Part shown: positions 41,301 through 52,184 of the stretch, in pieces | Layout of the letters: the number at the start of each line of letters is the position of its first letter | Numbering within the stretch: the stretch's first letter is position 1 | Assembly (NCBI GenBank): GCA_019163335.1 | Contig: JAFLKM010000026.1 | Span: 26,347 to 90,346 of the forward strand | Length of the DNA stretch: 64,000 nt | Source: Desulfobulbaceae bacterium | Lineage (GTDB): Bacteria > Desulfobacterota > Desulfobulbia > Desulfobulbales > Desulfocapsaceae | Direction: 5' to 3' | The notes under the pieces: model-generated | What the model saw: the letters and a program-made list of their open reading frames with translations, nothing else | Databases searched by the model: none | What the model was told of the DNA's origin: nothing | Program-made: the position numbers and the translations under genes

Positions 41301-41608
41301 GCAAGCTTAATGGCGGTATTCAGTGCGGTCTGCCCACCGAGTGTCGGCAACAACGCATCAGGCCGTTCTTTTTCAATGACCTTGGCCACAATCTCCGGAG
41401 TGATGGGCTCAATATAGGTGCGGTCGGCAAGCTCGGGATCGGTCATGATGGTCGCCGGATTAGAGTTAATGAGAACAACCTCATACCCCTCTTCCTTCAG
41501 CGCCTTGACGGCCTGGGCACCGGAATAGTCAAACTCGCAGGCCTGACTGATAATAATCGGGCCGGAGCCAATGATCAGAATCTTATGGATATCGGTTCTT
41601 TTTGGCAT
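38387..41608 (-). CDS. carB: Carbamoyl-phosphate synthase large subunit CarB
   Basis: 1073 aa. It begins [30 protein letters not shown], has duplicated ATP-grasp halves, and carries a C-terminal MGS-like domain. Confidence 0.97.
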   Translation of the reverse strand: MPKRTDIHKILIIGSGPIIISQACEFDYSGAQAVKALKEEGYEVVLINSNPATIMTDPELADRTYIEPITPEIVAKVIEKERPDALLPTLGGQTALNTAIKLAESGVLDKYKVEMLAAKIEVIRKAEGREEFRAAMQAIGLKVPESEIVHTLEDAMAAGDSIGFPVIVRPSFTLGGTGGGVAYNRQELEALSVCGLDLSMTTEIMVERSLLGWKEFELEVMRDCKDNVVIICSIENMDAMGVHTGDSITVAPAQTLTDREYQEMRDAAIAIIREIGVETGGSNVQFAVNPEDGELMVIEMNPRVSRSSALASKATGFPIAKIAAKLAVGFTLDEIKNDITRETYASFEPTIDYCVVKIPRFTFEKFPEAEDVLTTAMKSVGETMAIGRTFKEAFQKAMRSLETGRAGFGGDGKEQLEHLELFELESGLRIPSSKRLSFLHEALRRGLSIENIYEMTRIDPWFLRNLEQIVAMEQEIRRVGASGLSGLGYDFLKKCKQNGFSDTQLAYLTGSSRDEVRSLRKQIGIVPVYKLVDTCAAEFESYTPYYYSTYEQENEAVRSERKKVMILGGGPNRIGQGIEFDYCCVHAAFALKEIGVESIMVNSNPETVSTDYDTSDKLYFEPLTLEDVLNIIDLERPDGVIVQFGGQTPLNLAVALAEAGVPIIGTPPDSIDRAEDRKRFQQFLQKLQLRQPKNDTVFTLEEALAVAEQIGYPVVVRPSYVLGGRDMRIVYSERGIREFMAKPGMAENKHPVLIDKFLEDAIEVDVDAICDGQKTIIGGIMEHIEEAGIHSGDSSCVLPPDTLSAGLIEEIKQATRAMAEELGVIGLMNVQYAVKDEELYILEVNPRASRTVPFVSKATGVPLAKLATKVMMGMTLAELGLTTEVVIKHWAVKEAVFPFDRFKNVDTLLGPEMKSTGEVMGIDANLGLAVAKAQLAAGVTLPVSGTVFISVRDGDKKGIVEAAKNLVAMSYTLLATKGTADYLRQHGVVCDHVNKIAEGRPHILDKLRDHQVAWVVNTSLGRRTTEDSYLIRRAALELRIPYTTTVSGAVSVVMAMQALRENALGVKPIQHFT

Positions 41609-41789
41609 GGAATATTCGAAAAAGTTAATTTGAGAAATCTATAACTGAGCTAAAAAGATTGGAGCACAGATGTAAGGAGTTTTGCAAAACTCACGTGATC
41701 AATGGATGGCGGCAACAATACGGTCTATTGCCATATCAGAAAAACAAAAGACCTCAGCATATTATACGTTCGGCAATACGATCAGCAGT

Positions 41790-42920
41790 TCAGGATTTTT
41801 CACTCCGCATCATCTCAATAAAGCGATCAAAAAGATACAATGAATCATGGGGGCCTGGAGCATGCTCAGGATGATACTGAACAGAAAAGGCAGGATAAAG
41901 ACGGTGACGCATCCCCTCCAGACTGCCGTCATTAAGATTGATATGGGTCGTCTCAACGACATCTTTATCCAGACTGTCAGGGTCAACAGTAAAACCATGA
42001 TTCTGTGAGGTAATCTCCACGTGCCCAGTCACCAGATCCTTGACCGGTTGATTACCACCACGATGACCGAATTTCAGTTTGTAGGTGGAACCGCCGTAGG
42101 CAAGTCCAAGTATCTGATGTCCAAGACAGATGCCAAAGATAACCGTTTTGCCGAGTAACCCTCGCACTGTCTCCACAACTCCCTGCACACCGGCAGGATC
42201 GCCAGGTCCATTGGAGAGGAAAACCCCATCCGGCTGCATGGCAAGGATAGTCGCAGCATCAGTTCTCGCCGGCACGACCTGTACCTGGCAGCCCTTTTCG
42301 GTCATAATCCGAAGCTGGTTGTATTTAACCCCGCAATCAAGGGCAACTACCCTGAGCGGATTATCAATGCCCGCCTGAACCGTAGAAAATCCAGTGCCGG
42401 TTACAGGACAGTTATCCGCCCAGCCATAGGGCTGCTCGCAGCTTACATCCTGAACCAGATCCAGGCCGATAAATCCCGCCCAAGCCTTTGCCCGGCCAAC
42501 CAGCGACTCCCGATCAAGATCCTCGGTGGAAACGATAGCCTTCAGGGCCCCCACGGTACGAATGTGACGTACCAGGGCGCGGGTGTCAAACCCCTCTACC
42601 CCAAGCACCTTAAAGTCATCAAGAAACCGGGCAAGGGACTTCTGGGAGCGATAATTGGAGGGCACCGCATTGTATTCCTTCACCAGAAAAGCCCTGGGAT
42701 GCACCGAGGCTGACTCCATATCCTCACTATTCACCCCATAATTACCGATAAGGGGATAGGTCATGGTGACAATCTGGCCAGTATAAGAAGGATCCGTCAG
42801 GATCTCCTGATACCCGCTCATGGAGGTGTTGAAGACCATCTCACCTATGGCCTCACCTCTGCCGGTAAACGACTCACCTTCGAAAATGGTCCCATCTTCC
42901 AGGGCGATTAACGCTTTCAT
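41790..42920 (-). CDS. carA: Carbamoyl-phosphate synthase small (glutaminase) subunit CarA
   Basis: 376 aa with LTDPSYTGQI and GATase motifs GICLGHQ and VQYHPE. Confidence 0.96.
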   Translation of the reverse strand: MKALIALEDGTIFEGESFTGRGEAIGEMVFNTSMSGYQEILTDPSYTGQIVTMTYPLIGNYGVNSEDMESASVHPRAFLVKEYNAVPSNYRSQKSLARFLDDFKVLGVEGFDTRALVRHIRTVGALKAIVSTEDLDRESLVGRAKAWAGFIGLDLVQDVSCEQPYGWADNCPVTGTGFSTVQAGIDNPLRVVALDCGVKYNQLRIMTEKGCQVQVVPARTDAATILAMQPDGVFLSNGPGDPAGVQGVVETVRGLLGKTVIFGICLGHQILGLAYGGSTYKLKFGHRGGNQPVKDLVTGHVEITSQNHGFTVDPDSLDKDVVETTHINLNDGSLEGMRHRLYPAFSVQYHPEHAPGPHDSLYLFDRFIEMMRSEKS

Positions 42921-43152
42921 ATATTTCTCTGTCCTTATTCACCGGGAAAAAATATTCTAATCCCTGAAAAGCTCCTGACGCTATAACCACTAAAAACATT
43001 TCGGATTTCTAAAAAAAACACAACTCAAATAGACAAAAAACCATAACATTTAACCTAGAAAGCCCCTCCAAGTCAATCAGAATCAAGAGCTGGAAAAGGA
43101 AAGAAACAGATAAAAATCATCCCTGGAAGCACCGAAAACGAATGTTTTCTGA

Positions 43153-43181
43153 TTGACAAGCAGGGGGCATCTGCTTATAAA
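43153..43181 (+). promoter_or_regulatory. Near-consensus sigma-70-type promoter (TTGACA-N17-TATAAA)
   Basis: ttgaca is at 43153-43158, followed by a 17-nt spacer and tataaa at 43176-43181. It lies about 240 nt upstream of the PPIase start. Confidence 0.4.
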
Positions 43182-43420
43182 TTTTCGCTATTCGTTTCAT
43201 ATAAAGCACCAGGGAGCTCCTTTAATTATTTTCACCCACATAAACAAAAGGCTATTGTCGGGCAAGAACGAGCGGGACAACTGACGAATCAGCCTGATCG
43301 CCATGCATTGTCCACCATACCAGATGACACAGCAATACTCCCTGGAGTAACGTAATGCCGCTGTTCATATTTCTTTCCCCATAGCTGTTCTTATCCCAGT
43401 CACAACCAAGAGGAAAAACG

Positions 43421-44455
43421 ATGCGCAACATCAAGTTGTTATTTTTCTACACCCTTACTCTTTTATTCATTCTATCTGGAGAAACACTCATGGCAGAAAC
43501 GCAACTCAAAGACGGCCTCTACGCTAAGTTCATTACCGCCAAGGGCGAGATTATCTGCGCCCTGGAATTTGAAAAAACCCCACTCACTGTGGCCAATTTT
43601 GTGGGCCTTGCTGAAGGCACCAAAAACCTTGGGGGGGGCGCAGGCAAAGGTGGCGCCAGGTTTTATGACAATCTGACCTTTCACCGGGTCATCCCTGACT
43701 TTATGATTCAGGGCGGATGCCCATTAGGAACCGGCACCGGCGGCCCTGGCTATACTTTCCCGGACGAGATCGACCCCAGCCTGAAACACAGCGGCCCGGG
43801 TATCCTCTCCATGGCCAATGCCGGACCAGGCACCAACGGTAGCCAATTTTTCATCACCCATGTCGCTACCCCATGGCTGGACGGCAAGCACACCGTCTTT
43901 GGCCATGTCGTTGCAGGCATGGACGTTGTCAATAAAATCAAAGGCAATGACAAGCTGACCTCTGTAGAGATCATTCGCGTGGGCGCCAAGGCCAAGGCCT
44001 TCAAGAGCGATCAAGCAGCATTTGACGCCCTGCTTTCCAGCATGGATAAACGCGGCAAGGAAAAAGAGATGGCGGCCATAGAAGCCCAGGTCAAACATAT
44101 CAAGCAGCAATGGCCTGATGCCGTGAGCACTCCCTCCGGCCTTCAGTATGTGGTTACCCAGAAAGGCACGGGCACCAATACCCCAGCCTCGGGCACTATG
44201 GTCAAGGCCCACTATACCGGCAAACTGCTGGACGGCACCAAATTTGACAGCTCCGTTGATCGCGGCGAGCCGATCAGCTTTCCCGTTGGTAAGGGCAAGG
44301 TCATTAAGGGCTGGGATGAGGCCTTTTTAGCCATGACCAAAGGGGAAAAACGGGTCCTCATCATCCCCTCACACCTCGGCTACGGCCCATCCGGACGCGG
44401 CCCGATTCCCCCTAACTCAACCATGATCTTTGATGTGGAGCTGGTTGACTTCTAA
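43421..44455 (+). CDS. Secreted dual-family peptidyl-prolyl isomerase (cyclophilin domain fused to FKBP domain)
   Basis: 344 aa with a signal peptide. The cyclophilin part has [32 protein letters not shown] and HTVFGHV. The FKBP part has [31 protein letters not shown] and [10 protein letters not shown]. Confidence 0.92.
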   Translation: MRNIKLLFFYTLTLLFILSGETLMAETQLKDGLYAKFITAKGEIICALEFEKTPLTVANFVGLAEGTKNLGGGAGKGGARFYDNLTFHRVIPDFMIQGGCPLGTGTGGPGYTFPDEIDPSLKHSGPGILSMANAGPGTNGSQFFITHVATPWLDGKHTVFGHVVAGMDVVNKIKGNDKLTSVEIIRVGAKAKAFKSDQAAFDALLSSMDKRGKEKEMAAIEAQVKHIKQQWPDAVSTPSGLQYVVTQKGTGTNTPASGTMVKAHYTGKLLDGTKFDSSVDRGEPISFPVGKGKVIKGWDEAFLAMTKGEKRVLIIPSHLGYGPSGRGPIPPNSTMIFDVELVDF

Positions 44456-44462
44456 TATGTGT

Positions 44463-44490
44463 GATTAGTCAGGTTAAAACCTGACTAATC
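44463..44490 (+). terminator. 13-bp hairpin immediately after the PPIase stop
   Basis: gattagtcaggtt-aa-aacctgactaatc, with no U-tract. It is the first of two tandem hairpins. Confidence 0.4.
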
Positions 44491-44510
44491 ATTGCTCATT
44501 CTACACAAAA

Positions 44511-44554
44511 GCACAAAGGCCTTATCTGAAAACAGATAAGGCCTTTGTGCTTTT
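44511..44554 (+). terminator. Rho-independent terminator (18-bp stem plus T-run), usable in both directions
   Basis: gcacaaaggccttatctg-aaaa-cagataaggcctttgtgc-tttt, preceded by an A-run. Confidence 0.8.
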
Positions 44555-44842
44555 CACTCCCACACGGGGCTCCTCCACGAGGTTCCCATAAGGTACGGCC
44601 AGAGGGCAAAAAATATCTGCCCCCCTTTCCTCATCGTTTATTAAATAGCCAGTTAGATCTGAGAACTTACGTTCAACAAGCCGATAAGCCTTCTGGCGAT
44701 CGAGGCGGCAGGCTTATCGGCTGCAATCTGACCATCACCCTTCCTTCATGGATTGAGTCGTTGGCCATCATTGATAATGATAGGTGCAAACAGCTGAAAC
44801 CTTAGCCAGCATAAGGGCTTGTAACGAAAAAATCTTTTGGGA

Positions 44843-46225
44843 TCAATCATCATTGCCCGGCGCCACAGACATCTCTGTGTAGACTCGAACCTGATTCCGG
44901 CCATGTTCCTTGGCCTGATAAAGGGCCTTGTCAGCCATATCAACAAACCTGTCTCCATTGTCCGGGGTGTGGGCTTTGAGGGAGGCGACTCCGATACTGC
45001 AGAAGACCTGGTGACTGTGCTGGGCGTCCTGGTAGATATGTAATTCCGCCGCAGCACGGATCTTTTCGGCACAGATAGCCGCAGACTCCAGATTAGTGTG
45101 AGGGAGAAGGACGACAAACTCCTCGCCGCCGTATCGTGCACAGATATCCGTTTTTCTCGACTGTGTGCGTAAAATAGCCGCAAATTCCTCCAAGACCAGA
45201 TCACCAAACGCGTGCCCACAGTTGTCATTGATTTTTTTAAAGTAATCAAGATCAAGGATAAGACAGGAAAACTCATGACGGTGCCGAACCGCCAAGGCAA
45301 ACTCCCGGTCAAGCGCCTCTTGCAGATATCGTCGATTGTAGAGACCGGTAAGTCCATCCCTGCGGGCCAGATATTCGAGCTTTTTATTCAGTTCCTCCAC
45401 CTGCTTGACGTATCGTCTGGCCCGAAGGTGGATCTCCACCCTCGCTATCAGCTCCTCTTCGATAAATGGTTTGTACAGGTAATCAGTAACCCCTGCCTTG
45501 AAGAAGGAGAGGACAAGCTCCTTCTCGCTGAAGGCGCTAACCACGAGAATTGGCACTTGATCTAGCTTTGGCTTCTGCCGGACGAGCTTGCAGACTTCAT
45601 CCCCACACATCTCCGGCATCATATAATCGGTGAGGATCAGATCCAGAGTACCTGAAAAATTCTCAATAATCTGAATGGCTTCCAGGCCGTTCGATGCGGC
45701 CAGAACAGTGACGCCGATGCGCATCAAAATCATCTGGATAATCCGCCTGACCGAGGAAGAGTCATCAATAACCAGGGCGGTCATGCCGGCAAACAACGCA
45801 GGGGGGGAAAGGATATTATTAACTATCTTTGCAAGATCATGCGGCTGGAACGGTTTGGAAACAAAGACGGTAACCCCAAGCTGAAAGCCGCGCCGGCGAC
45901 TTTCAAGGGTGTCCCTGGCAGAAACAAAGATGACCGGAATGTCAACATGCAAATGGTCTCCCGATTCTTTCGATTTCTCAAGGAGACGTTCGCACACCTC
46001 AAATCCATTCATGACCGGCATATCAATATCTAGGGTGATCAGGTCGGGTTTTTTACTCATCCATTCAATCATAACCAGAGCTTCCATACCGCTTTCTGCA
46101 GTCAGAACCGTATAACCCTCCTCTTCGAGCTCCCTGGCAATGATTGTACGGATAGTAGCGCTGTCATCGACAATCAAGATAGTTTTATCTTTCAAGGCAC
46201 TGATCTCCCAGCTTGTATTGAACAA
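44843..46225 (-). CDS. Response regulator with two receiver domains and a GGDEF diguanylate cyclase domain
   Basis: 460 aa. REC1 has ILIVDDSATIR...DLITLDIDMPVMNG. REC2 has ALVIDDSSSVRR...DLILTDYMMPEMCG. GGDEF has the active-site RYGGEEF. The track start is a TTG. Confidence 0.9.
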   Translation of the reverse strand: MFNTSWEISALKDKTILIVDDSATIRTIIARELEEEGYTVLTAESGMEALVMIEWMSKKPDLITLDIDMPVMNGFEVCERLLEKSKESGDHLHVDIPVIFVSARDTLESRRRGFQLGVTVFVSKPFQPHDLAKIVNNILSPPALFAGMTALVIDDSSSVRRIIQMILMRIGVTVLAASNGLEAIQIIENFSGTLDLILTDYMMPEMCGDEVCKLVRQKPKLDQVPILVVSAFSEKELVLSFFKAGVTDYLYKPFIEEELIARVEIHLRARRYVKQVEELNKKLEYLARRDGLTGLYNRRYLQEALDREFALAVRHRHEFSCLILDLDYFKKINDNCGHAFGDLVLEEFAAILRTQSRKTDICARYGGEEFVVLLPHTNLESAAICAEKIRAAAELHIYQDAQHSHQVFCSIGVASLKAHTPDNGDRFVDMADKALYQAKEHGRNQVRVYTEMSVAPGNDD

Positions 46226-46553
46226 AAGGTGACACCATCATTGCTTGCGCAACCAGCAACCACAGCCATAAAGGGAAAACAAATCCATCCCTTCTACTCC
46301 CTGCCTGTTTTTGAAAAATAATTCATTCCAGGAATGTTCTTAAAATCTATACCCTGGGTCCAAATGATTGCATTACAGTCCCTTCGCCGTCGCCATTTTC
46401 AGGCCAGCATGAAGTGTCAAGGCTGCCAAGACTGCTCGCTTTTCAGTGAGCACGAAGGTATTTTTTGACCTTTACTGTCTTGGCGGACTCGTGCTCATGG
46501 AGAATTGCAACCACCCACCCGAAACAGCGAGGGTCTCTTAAAGGTAAGCGCAG

Positions 46554-46579
46554 GGGTGGATGCGATATCGCATCCACCC
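46554..46579. terminator. Perfect 26-nt palindrome adjacent to the trpS stop
   Basis: gggtggatgcgat|atcgcatccaccc. The T-run follows on the plus strand (cattttttaat). Confidence 0.45.
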
Positions 46580-46590
46580 TACCTCATTTT

Positions 46591-47556
46591 TTAATATTTT
46601 AACCCCACCCGCTCACGCACCAGATCAAGAGTCCCGATCGCCTTGGCACGGGCCTTGTCAGCCCCGCTTTTTAGAATCTCCCGCAGCCTGGCCGGATTGG
46701 CAAGATATTCGGCTTTTTTCTTCCGTGCTTCCGCAAAATAATCACTGATAAGATCAAACAGCTCTAACTTGAGATATCCATAGGCAGCCCCGCCATTGAC
46801 ATACAAATCACGCACCTCCTGCAAACGATCAGGTGTGGCAAAGAGCGTTAACAGGGCATAAAGATTACACTTATCCGGATCTTTTGGTTCCTCCACCGGA
46901 GTTGCATCGGTCTCGATGGCCATAATCCGTTTTTTCAAGGCCTTTCCTTCCAGAAAGATGGGAATGGTATTGCCATAGGATTTGGACATCTTCCGCCCAT
47001 CGAGACCGGGAACAGTGGCCATCGCCTTATTAATGGCCGGTTCAGGAACAACAAAGGTCTCACCGAAGAGATTGTTGAACTTTTGTGCCAGATCACGGGC
47101 CACCTCCAGATGCTGCTTCTGATCCTGTCCGACCGGAACCTGATCCGCCTGATAGAGGAGGATATCAGCGGCCATAAGCACGGGATAGGAGAACAGCCCG
47201 TGACTGGGTTCAATCCCGTTAGCGATCTTGTCCTTGTAGGAATGACAGCGCTCAATCAGGCCCATGGGTGCGATGGTGGACAGTATCCAGGTCAGCTCAC
47301 ACACCTCAGGCACATCCGATTGCACCCAGAAGGTACAGCGTTCAGGGTCAAGGCCCAGGGCCAGAAAGTCAGCGGCAGCTTCAAGGGTGCCGGTGGCCAG
47401 ACGATCGCGGTCATGCACCGAGGTCATGGCATGCAGATCGACGATAAAAACATACAGATCGGAGGTCTCCATGTGGGAGATCATGGTCTGCATCATGCCA
47501 AAATAATTTCCGATATGAAGCTGACCGGAGGGCTGGATTCCAGATAAAATTTTCAT
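46591..47556 (-). CDS. trpS: Tryptophan--tRNA ligase TrpS
   Basis: 321 aa with the HIGH motif (GQLHIGNY) and KMSKS (RKMSKS). Confidence 0.96.
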   Translation of the reverse strand: MKILSGIQPSGQLHIGNYFGMMQTMISHMETSDLYVFIVDLHAMTSVHDRDRLATGTLEAAADFLALGLDPERCTFWVQSDVPEVCELTWILSTIAPMGLIERCHSYKDKIANGIEPSHGLFSYPVLMAADILLYQADQVPVGQDQKQHLEVARDLAQKFNNLFGETFVVPEPAINKAMATVPGLDGRKMSKSYGNTIPIFLEGKALKKRIMAIETDATPVEEPKDPDKCNLYALLTLFATPDRLQEVRDLYVNGGAAYGYLKLELFDLISDYFAEARKKKAEYLANPARLREILKSGADKARAKAIGTLDLVRERVGLKY

Positions 47557-47673
47557 GATAGTCGAAATAAGGAAAGAGGATCAAGTGAGAAGCAATTGGA
47601 ATTCATTGCAGATTGTAAAAACCAGAACACACTCGTGAAGCATCAACGAGGCGACATTATACCGTAAAAACAT

Positions 47674-47712
47674 AAAAGGGAGTGAGAAAAAATACTTTCC
47701 TCACTCCCTTTT
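47674..47712. terminator. Bidirectional rho-independent terminator downstream of dnaK
   Basis: aaaa-gggagtgag-(13-nt loop)-ctcactccc-tttt. Confidence 0.75.
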
Positions 47713-47782
47713 ATGATCATTCACTTAAAAACCGGGCACAGAATCTTTTTCGTAAAAAAGACCTGGCGTCAAGACAAGTTTG

Positions 47783-49705
47783 TTATTTCTTGTCGTCTTT
47801 AACCTCTTCAAAGTCAGCGTCAACTACATCGTCATCTTTGGGTGCGGAGCCGCCAGCCCCACCACCCGCTGCATGCGCACCGTCACCGGCACCCTGCTTC
47901 GAGGCCTGGGAGTACATGATTTCAGCCAGCTTGTGAGACGCCGTGGTTAAAGCCTCAATGGCACTCTTCAAGGCATCGATATCGTCGCCAGTGGCAGCGG
48001 CCTTGACTTTCTCGATCTCTTTTTCCACATTACCCTTCGTCTCTGCGTCCACCTTGTCACCAAGCTCTTTGAGACTTTTCTCAGTGGCATGGATCATGGA
48101 ATCGGCATTATTTCGAGTATCAACCAGTTCACGGCGCTTATGATCCTCGGCAGCATGCAACTCTGCATCCCGCGTCATTTTCTCGATATCCTCTTTCGAA
48201 AGACCGGAAGAGGCAGTAATCCGGATGGACTGCTCCTTGCCGGTGCCAAGATCTTTTGCCGAGACATGGAGGATGCCGTTGGCATCAAGGTCAAAGGAGA
48301 CCTCAATCTGCGGCACACCGCGCGGTGCCATGGGAATGTCAGACAGCTCAAACCGTCCAATGGTCTTATTATCCTGGGCCATCTCCCGCTCACCCTGAAG
48401 AACATGGATGGACACTGCCGGCTGGTTATCTGCGGCGGTGGAGAAGATCTGACTCTTCTTGGTGGGAATGGTGGTGTTCTTTTCAATCAGTTTTGTGGTC
48501 ACCCCGCCCAAGGTTTCGATTCCAAGGGAAAGAGGAGTAACATCAAGCAGAAGGACATCCTTCACATCCCCGCCCAGAACGCCGCCCTGAATTGCCGCAC
48601 CGATGGCAACAACCTCATCAGGATTAACACCCTTATGCGGCTCTTTCCCGAAAATCTCCTTGACCTTGGCCTGAACTTTAGGCATCCGAGTCATGCCGCC
48701 CACAAGAATAATCTCATTGATATCCTTGGCAGTCAGGCCGGCATCTTTCATGGCCGTCCGGCAGGGCGCAACAGTACGCTCGATGAGATCATCCACCAGG
48801 CTTTCCAGCTTTGCCCGACTGAGCTTGATATTCAAATGCTTTGGCCCGGAGGCATCAGCGGTAATAAAAGGCAGATTTATGTCGGTCTCCATGGTGGTGG
48901 AAAGCTCCATCTTGGCCTTTTCCGCCTCTTCCTTCAAGCGTTGCAATGCCATTTTATCGTTGCGCAGATCAATTCCCTGACTGCGATTAAACTCATCGGC
49001 CAACCAGTTGACAATACGCATGTCAAAATCTTCACCGCCCAGGAATGTATCGCCGTTGGTGGATTTTACTTCAAACACACCATCCCCGATCTCAAGGACA
49101 GAGACATCAAAGGTACCACCGCCAAGATCAAAAACCGCGATTTTCTCCTCGCCTTTTTTATCCAGCCCATAAGCCAGAGACGCTGCGGTGGGCTCGTTGA
49201 TGATTCTCAATACATTTAATCCCGCAATTTTGCCTGCATCCTTGGTGGCCTGACGCTGAGCATCATTGAAATAGGCAGGGACTGTCACCACGGCGTCCGT
49301 GACTTCTTCTCCCAGATACTCCTCGGCAGTCTTTTTCATCTTACCCAGGATCATGGCCGAAACCTCAGCCGGGGTATACGTCTTGCCATCTACTTCGATG
49401 CTGGCGGCCCCGCCCTTTCCGGACACGATCTTGAATGGGCTGATCTGCACTGACTTTTTCACTTCAGCATCATCAAAATTCCGTCCGATTAAACGCTTGA
49501 CTGCATACAGGGTTCGCTCGGGATTGGTGACCGCCTGACGTTTCGCAACCTGGCCGACAATCCTCTCATTATTATCGCTAAAAGCCACAATCGAAGGGGT
49601 TGTCCGATTCCCCTCAACATTGGTTATGACCTTGGGATCGCCGCCTTCCATAATGGCTACACAAGAGTTGGTCGTTCCCAGATCTATTCCTATTATCTTT
49701 CCCAT
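47783..49705 (-). CDS. dnaK: Molecular chaperone DnaK (Hsp70)
   Basis: I prefer the start at [14 protein letters not shown] (49705), which is preceded by AGGAG; the track start is 10 codons upstream. DLGGGTFD and the rest of the Hsp70 signature are present. Confidence 0.97.
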   Translation of the reverse strand: MGKIIGIDLGTTNSCVAIMEGGDPKVITNVEGNRTTPSIVAFSDNNERIVGQVAKRQAVTNPERTLYAVKRLIGRNFDDAEVKKSVQISPFKIVSGKGGAASIEVDGKTYTPAEVSAMILGKMKKTAEEYLGEEVTDAVVTVPAYFNDAQRQATKDAGKIAGLNVLRIINEPTAASLAYGLDKKGEEKIAVFDLGGGTFDVSVLEIGDGVFEVKSTNGDTFLGGEDFDMRIVNWLADEFNRSQGIDLRNDKMALQRLKEEAEKAKMELSTTMETDINLPFITADASGPKHLNIKLSRAKLESLVDDLIERTVAPCRTAMKDAGLTAKDINEIILVGGMTRMPKVQAKVKEIFGKEPHKGVNPDEVVAIGAAIQGGVLGGDVKDVLLLDVTPLSLGIETLGGVTTKLIEKNTTIPTKKSQIFSTAADNQPAVSIHVLQGEREMAQDNKTIGRFELSDIPMAPRGVPQIEVSFDLDANGILHVSAKDLGTGKEQSIRITASSGLSKEDIEKMTRDAELHAAEDHKRRELVDTRNNADSMIHATEKSLKELGDKVDAETKGNVEKEIEKVKAAATGDDIDALKSAIEALTTASHKLAEIMYSQASKQGAGDGAHAAGGGAGGSAPKDDDVVDADFEEVKDDKK

Positions 49706-49858
49706 AATTGTTCCTCTCCTTTTCTCAAGATACAAAAGAGGTCATTGTGCAGATTATTGTGCCCACATGACCCTTGTTATTTCCAATGTCTATGTTCATT
49801 TTTTTCCGAAGCTGCATAGGCTTGCCTGCGGAAAAATATTCATCTTTCAACCACGTTT

Positions 49859-49887
49859 ACAATGTGTATCATCCTTCTATTGTCAAG
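49859..49887 (-). promoter_or_regulatory. Candidate heat-shock (sigma-32-like) promoter of dnaK
   Basis: The minus strand reads CCCTTGACA-N15-ACATTGT, about 150 nt upstream of the dnaK ATG. A closely similar motif is found upstream of grpE. Confidence 0.3.
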
Positions 49888-50021
49888 GGAATCACTCCCT
49901 CTTTCACGGCTTGTTCTCAACCTCTGCAAATAAATATCCGACCAGATGAAAAGCTAGAACGGCATAAGAACAGCCCAAAACAGGCCTCAGCGAGCTGATC
50001 AGTCTCAACAGCCCCTGAAAA

Positions 50022-50603
50022 TCAGGAAGCAGCCTTGCCCGATGAGACTATCACCTTGGCAACCCGCAATAAACGGTCTTTGTAAAAATATCCTTTTTCA
50101 AACTCACTCAGGACATGACTGGCCGGGACCTCATCACTGGCTTCCATAACCAAGGCTTCGTGAATTTTCGGATCGAAGGGCTTCCCGATACTGTTCATGG
50201 GTTTTACCTCAAACTTTTCAAGTGCCGCCAACAGGCTTTTCAAGGTAAGCTGAACCCCTTCCAGCAATGATGCCAGATTTGCCTGTGCATCTACGCCCGC
50301 CACCACACCCTGAGCCAGCGCCCGCTCTAGATTGTCAACAACCGGCAAAATCTCCCGCAAGACCGATTCGCTGGCATACTTCAAGGCTGACAGGCGATCC
50401 CGCTCCATCCGTTTTTTATAATTGTCAAATTCTGCAGCGGTTCGCAACATCTTGTCCCGGAACCCGGCAATTTCCTCCTCGGCAGCAAGCAACTTTTCCT
50501 CCACTGTCTTCCCTGCATCCTGGGCAGCTGTCTCTTCCGATTCGGTTGCGTTTTGCGCCTCGCCCGTCTCAGGAATCACTTCATTTTCTTGTTCTTTCCC
50601 CAC
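50022..50603 (-). CDS. grpE: Nucleotide exchange factor GrpE
   Basis: 193 aa with a GTG start. It has an acidic N-terminus and the GrpE core (RTAAEFDNYKKR, VVDNLERAL, FDPKIHEA). Confidence 0.93.
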   Translation of the reverse strand: MGKEQENEVIPETGEAQNATESEETAAQDAGKTVEEKLLAAEEEIAGFRDKMLRTAAEFDNYKKRMERDRLSALKYASESVLREILPVVDNLERALAQGVVAGVDAQANLASLLEGVQLTLKSLLAALEKFEVKPMNSIGKPFDPKIHEALVMEASDEVPASHVLSEFEKGYFYKDRLLRVAKVIVSSGKAAS

Positions 50604-50714
50604 CTGCGCTTCCCCCTTTCTTAACCAGCAAAATCAACACTGTCCCCCTGCCTATCTCCCAAAAAACCAATAATCAGAACTACCTGCTTTTATTGACCTT
50701 CAACGTGAAGCGAA

Positions 50715-50775
50715 CAATAAGGAGCCCTATTTTCCTTGTCAAGACAGGAAAACAGGAGGGAGATCCTGTCTTGTC
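50715..50775 (-). promoter_or_regulatory. Candidate heat-shock-type promoter of grpE overlapped by a 12-bp inverted repeat
   Basis: The minus strand reads CTTGACA-N16-TTATTGT. The inverted repeat is gtcaagacagga (50738-50749) / tcctgtcttgtc (50764-50775), with one mismatch, and it overlaps the -35 element. Confidence 0.3.
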
Positions 50776-51068
50776 GTTTCTCCCAGCCTCGTCCACGCCA
50801 GTATCAAGTCATAGGGTTCAACACAATCCTGCATTCTCAACTTAACAAACACCATGAAAAAACCGGCAGAGCAGTACCAGATCAGCCAACCGCCAAAAAT
50901 ACATGCCAAATTCAATTTTTAAAATGGCATCTCTCATGCCACAGGCAACTTTCAGACAAACTTCTCAAGTTAGCTTGAGATTTAAGAGAAAAGGCCATAT
51001 ATTGTCATGCAGTTCCCCACCCCTCAACCAAACAACGAACATCTGAAATATTTTCACGGAGCAAGCGT

Positions 51069-52139
51069 ATGGATTTTGAACCAAAATGGATCGCCTGGGA
51101 GATCACCCGGCGATGCAACCTGAAATGTGTCCATTGCCGCTCTTCTTCCACCCTTGACGCCAACGACCATCCCGACTTTCCTTTCAGCGAAGCAACCCGT
51201 ATTCTCGACGAAATTGCAGCCTATGCCAACCCGGTGATTGTGCTTTCCGGCGGCGAGCCCTTGCTTCGCGAGGATGTCTTTGAAATTGCTCAATACGGTA
51301 CCGACAAGGGCTTGCGCATGTGCCTTGCCACCAATGGCACTCTTGTCACCCAGGCCATCTGCACCAAGATTAAAGCTGCCGGGATCAAGATGGTTTCCCT
51401 GAGCCTCGACGGGGCCAAGGCCGAGACCCATGACAATTTCCGAAACCAGGAAGGTGCCTTTGCCGGAACGATGAATGCCATCGCTCTTTTTAACGAAAAC
51501 GAAATTCCCTTTTTGATCAACTCATCGTTTACCGTGCGTAACCGGGAAGAGATTCCCGAAATTTACAAACTGGTCAAACACTTAGGGGCCTCTGCCTGGT
51601 ACATGTTCATGATCGTGCCCACCGGACGCGGTGAGGACATTATGGAAGAGCTGATTCCGGAGAAGATTTATGACGAGATTCTGGAGTGGCATTACAATGT
51701 GGAAAAGGAAGAGAACGAGCTGCTTATGCGGCCGACCTGCGCCCCCCATTATTATCGGATCGTTCGTCAGAAGGCCAAAGAAGAGGGCAGCAGCTTCAAG
51801 CGTCGTAATCTGAAATTTTCCACCGGCGGCTCCAAGGGCTGCCTCGCCGGTCAGCTCATCTGCCTGATCGATGTGGACGAAAATATCCTGCCCTGCAGCT
51901 ACTTCCCCAAATCCGCCGGAAATCTCAAAGAACTCTCCTTCAAGGAGATCTGGGAAAAATCCAGCCTGTTCCAGGAACTTCGGGACTTTAAGGGCTACAA
52001 AGACAACTGCGGTCGCTGCGAATATGTCAATGTATGCGGCGGTTGTCGGGCCCGGGCCTACGCCATGACCGGCGACTATCTGGCCCAGGAGCCATTTTGC
52101 AGCTATGTGCCGGGAAAGACAGCAGCCCTCGGTAAATAA
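51069..52139 (+). CDS. Radical SAM / SPASM-domain protein, NirJ/AhbC/AhbD-like (probable tetrapyrrole modification)
   Basis: 356 aa with the CNLKCVHC cluster motif at aa 16-23, and a C-terminal Cys-rich SPASM-like region ([18 protein letters not shown]). It lies directly upstream of hemE. Confidence 0.7.
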   Translation: MDFEPKWIAWEITRRCNLKCVHCRSSSTLDANDHPDFPFSEATRILDEIAAYANPVIVLSGGEPLLREDVFEIAQYGTDKGLRMCLATNGTLVTQAICTKIKAAGIKMVSLSLDGAKAETHDNFRNQEGAFAGTMNAIALFNENEIPFLINSSFTVRNREEIPEIYKLVKHLGASAWYMFMIVPTGRGEDIMEELIPEKIYDEILEWHYNVEKEENELLMRPTCAPHYYRIVRQKAKEEGSSFKRRNLKFSTGGSKGCLAGQLICLIDVDENILPCSYFPKSAGNLKELSFKEIWEKSSLFQELRDFKGYKDNCGRCEYVNVCGGCRARAYAMTGDYLAQEPFCSYVPGKTAALGK

Positions 52140-52184
52140 ATTACATTCACCTTTTTCTCATCCTTTGATTTTTCAGATACAATT

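Noticed and set aside
43252-43434. 60-aa minus-strand ORF in the carA/PPIase divergent region.
   Set aside because: It has no RBS, overlaps the PPIase start, and its composition is unconvincing.
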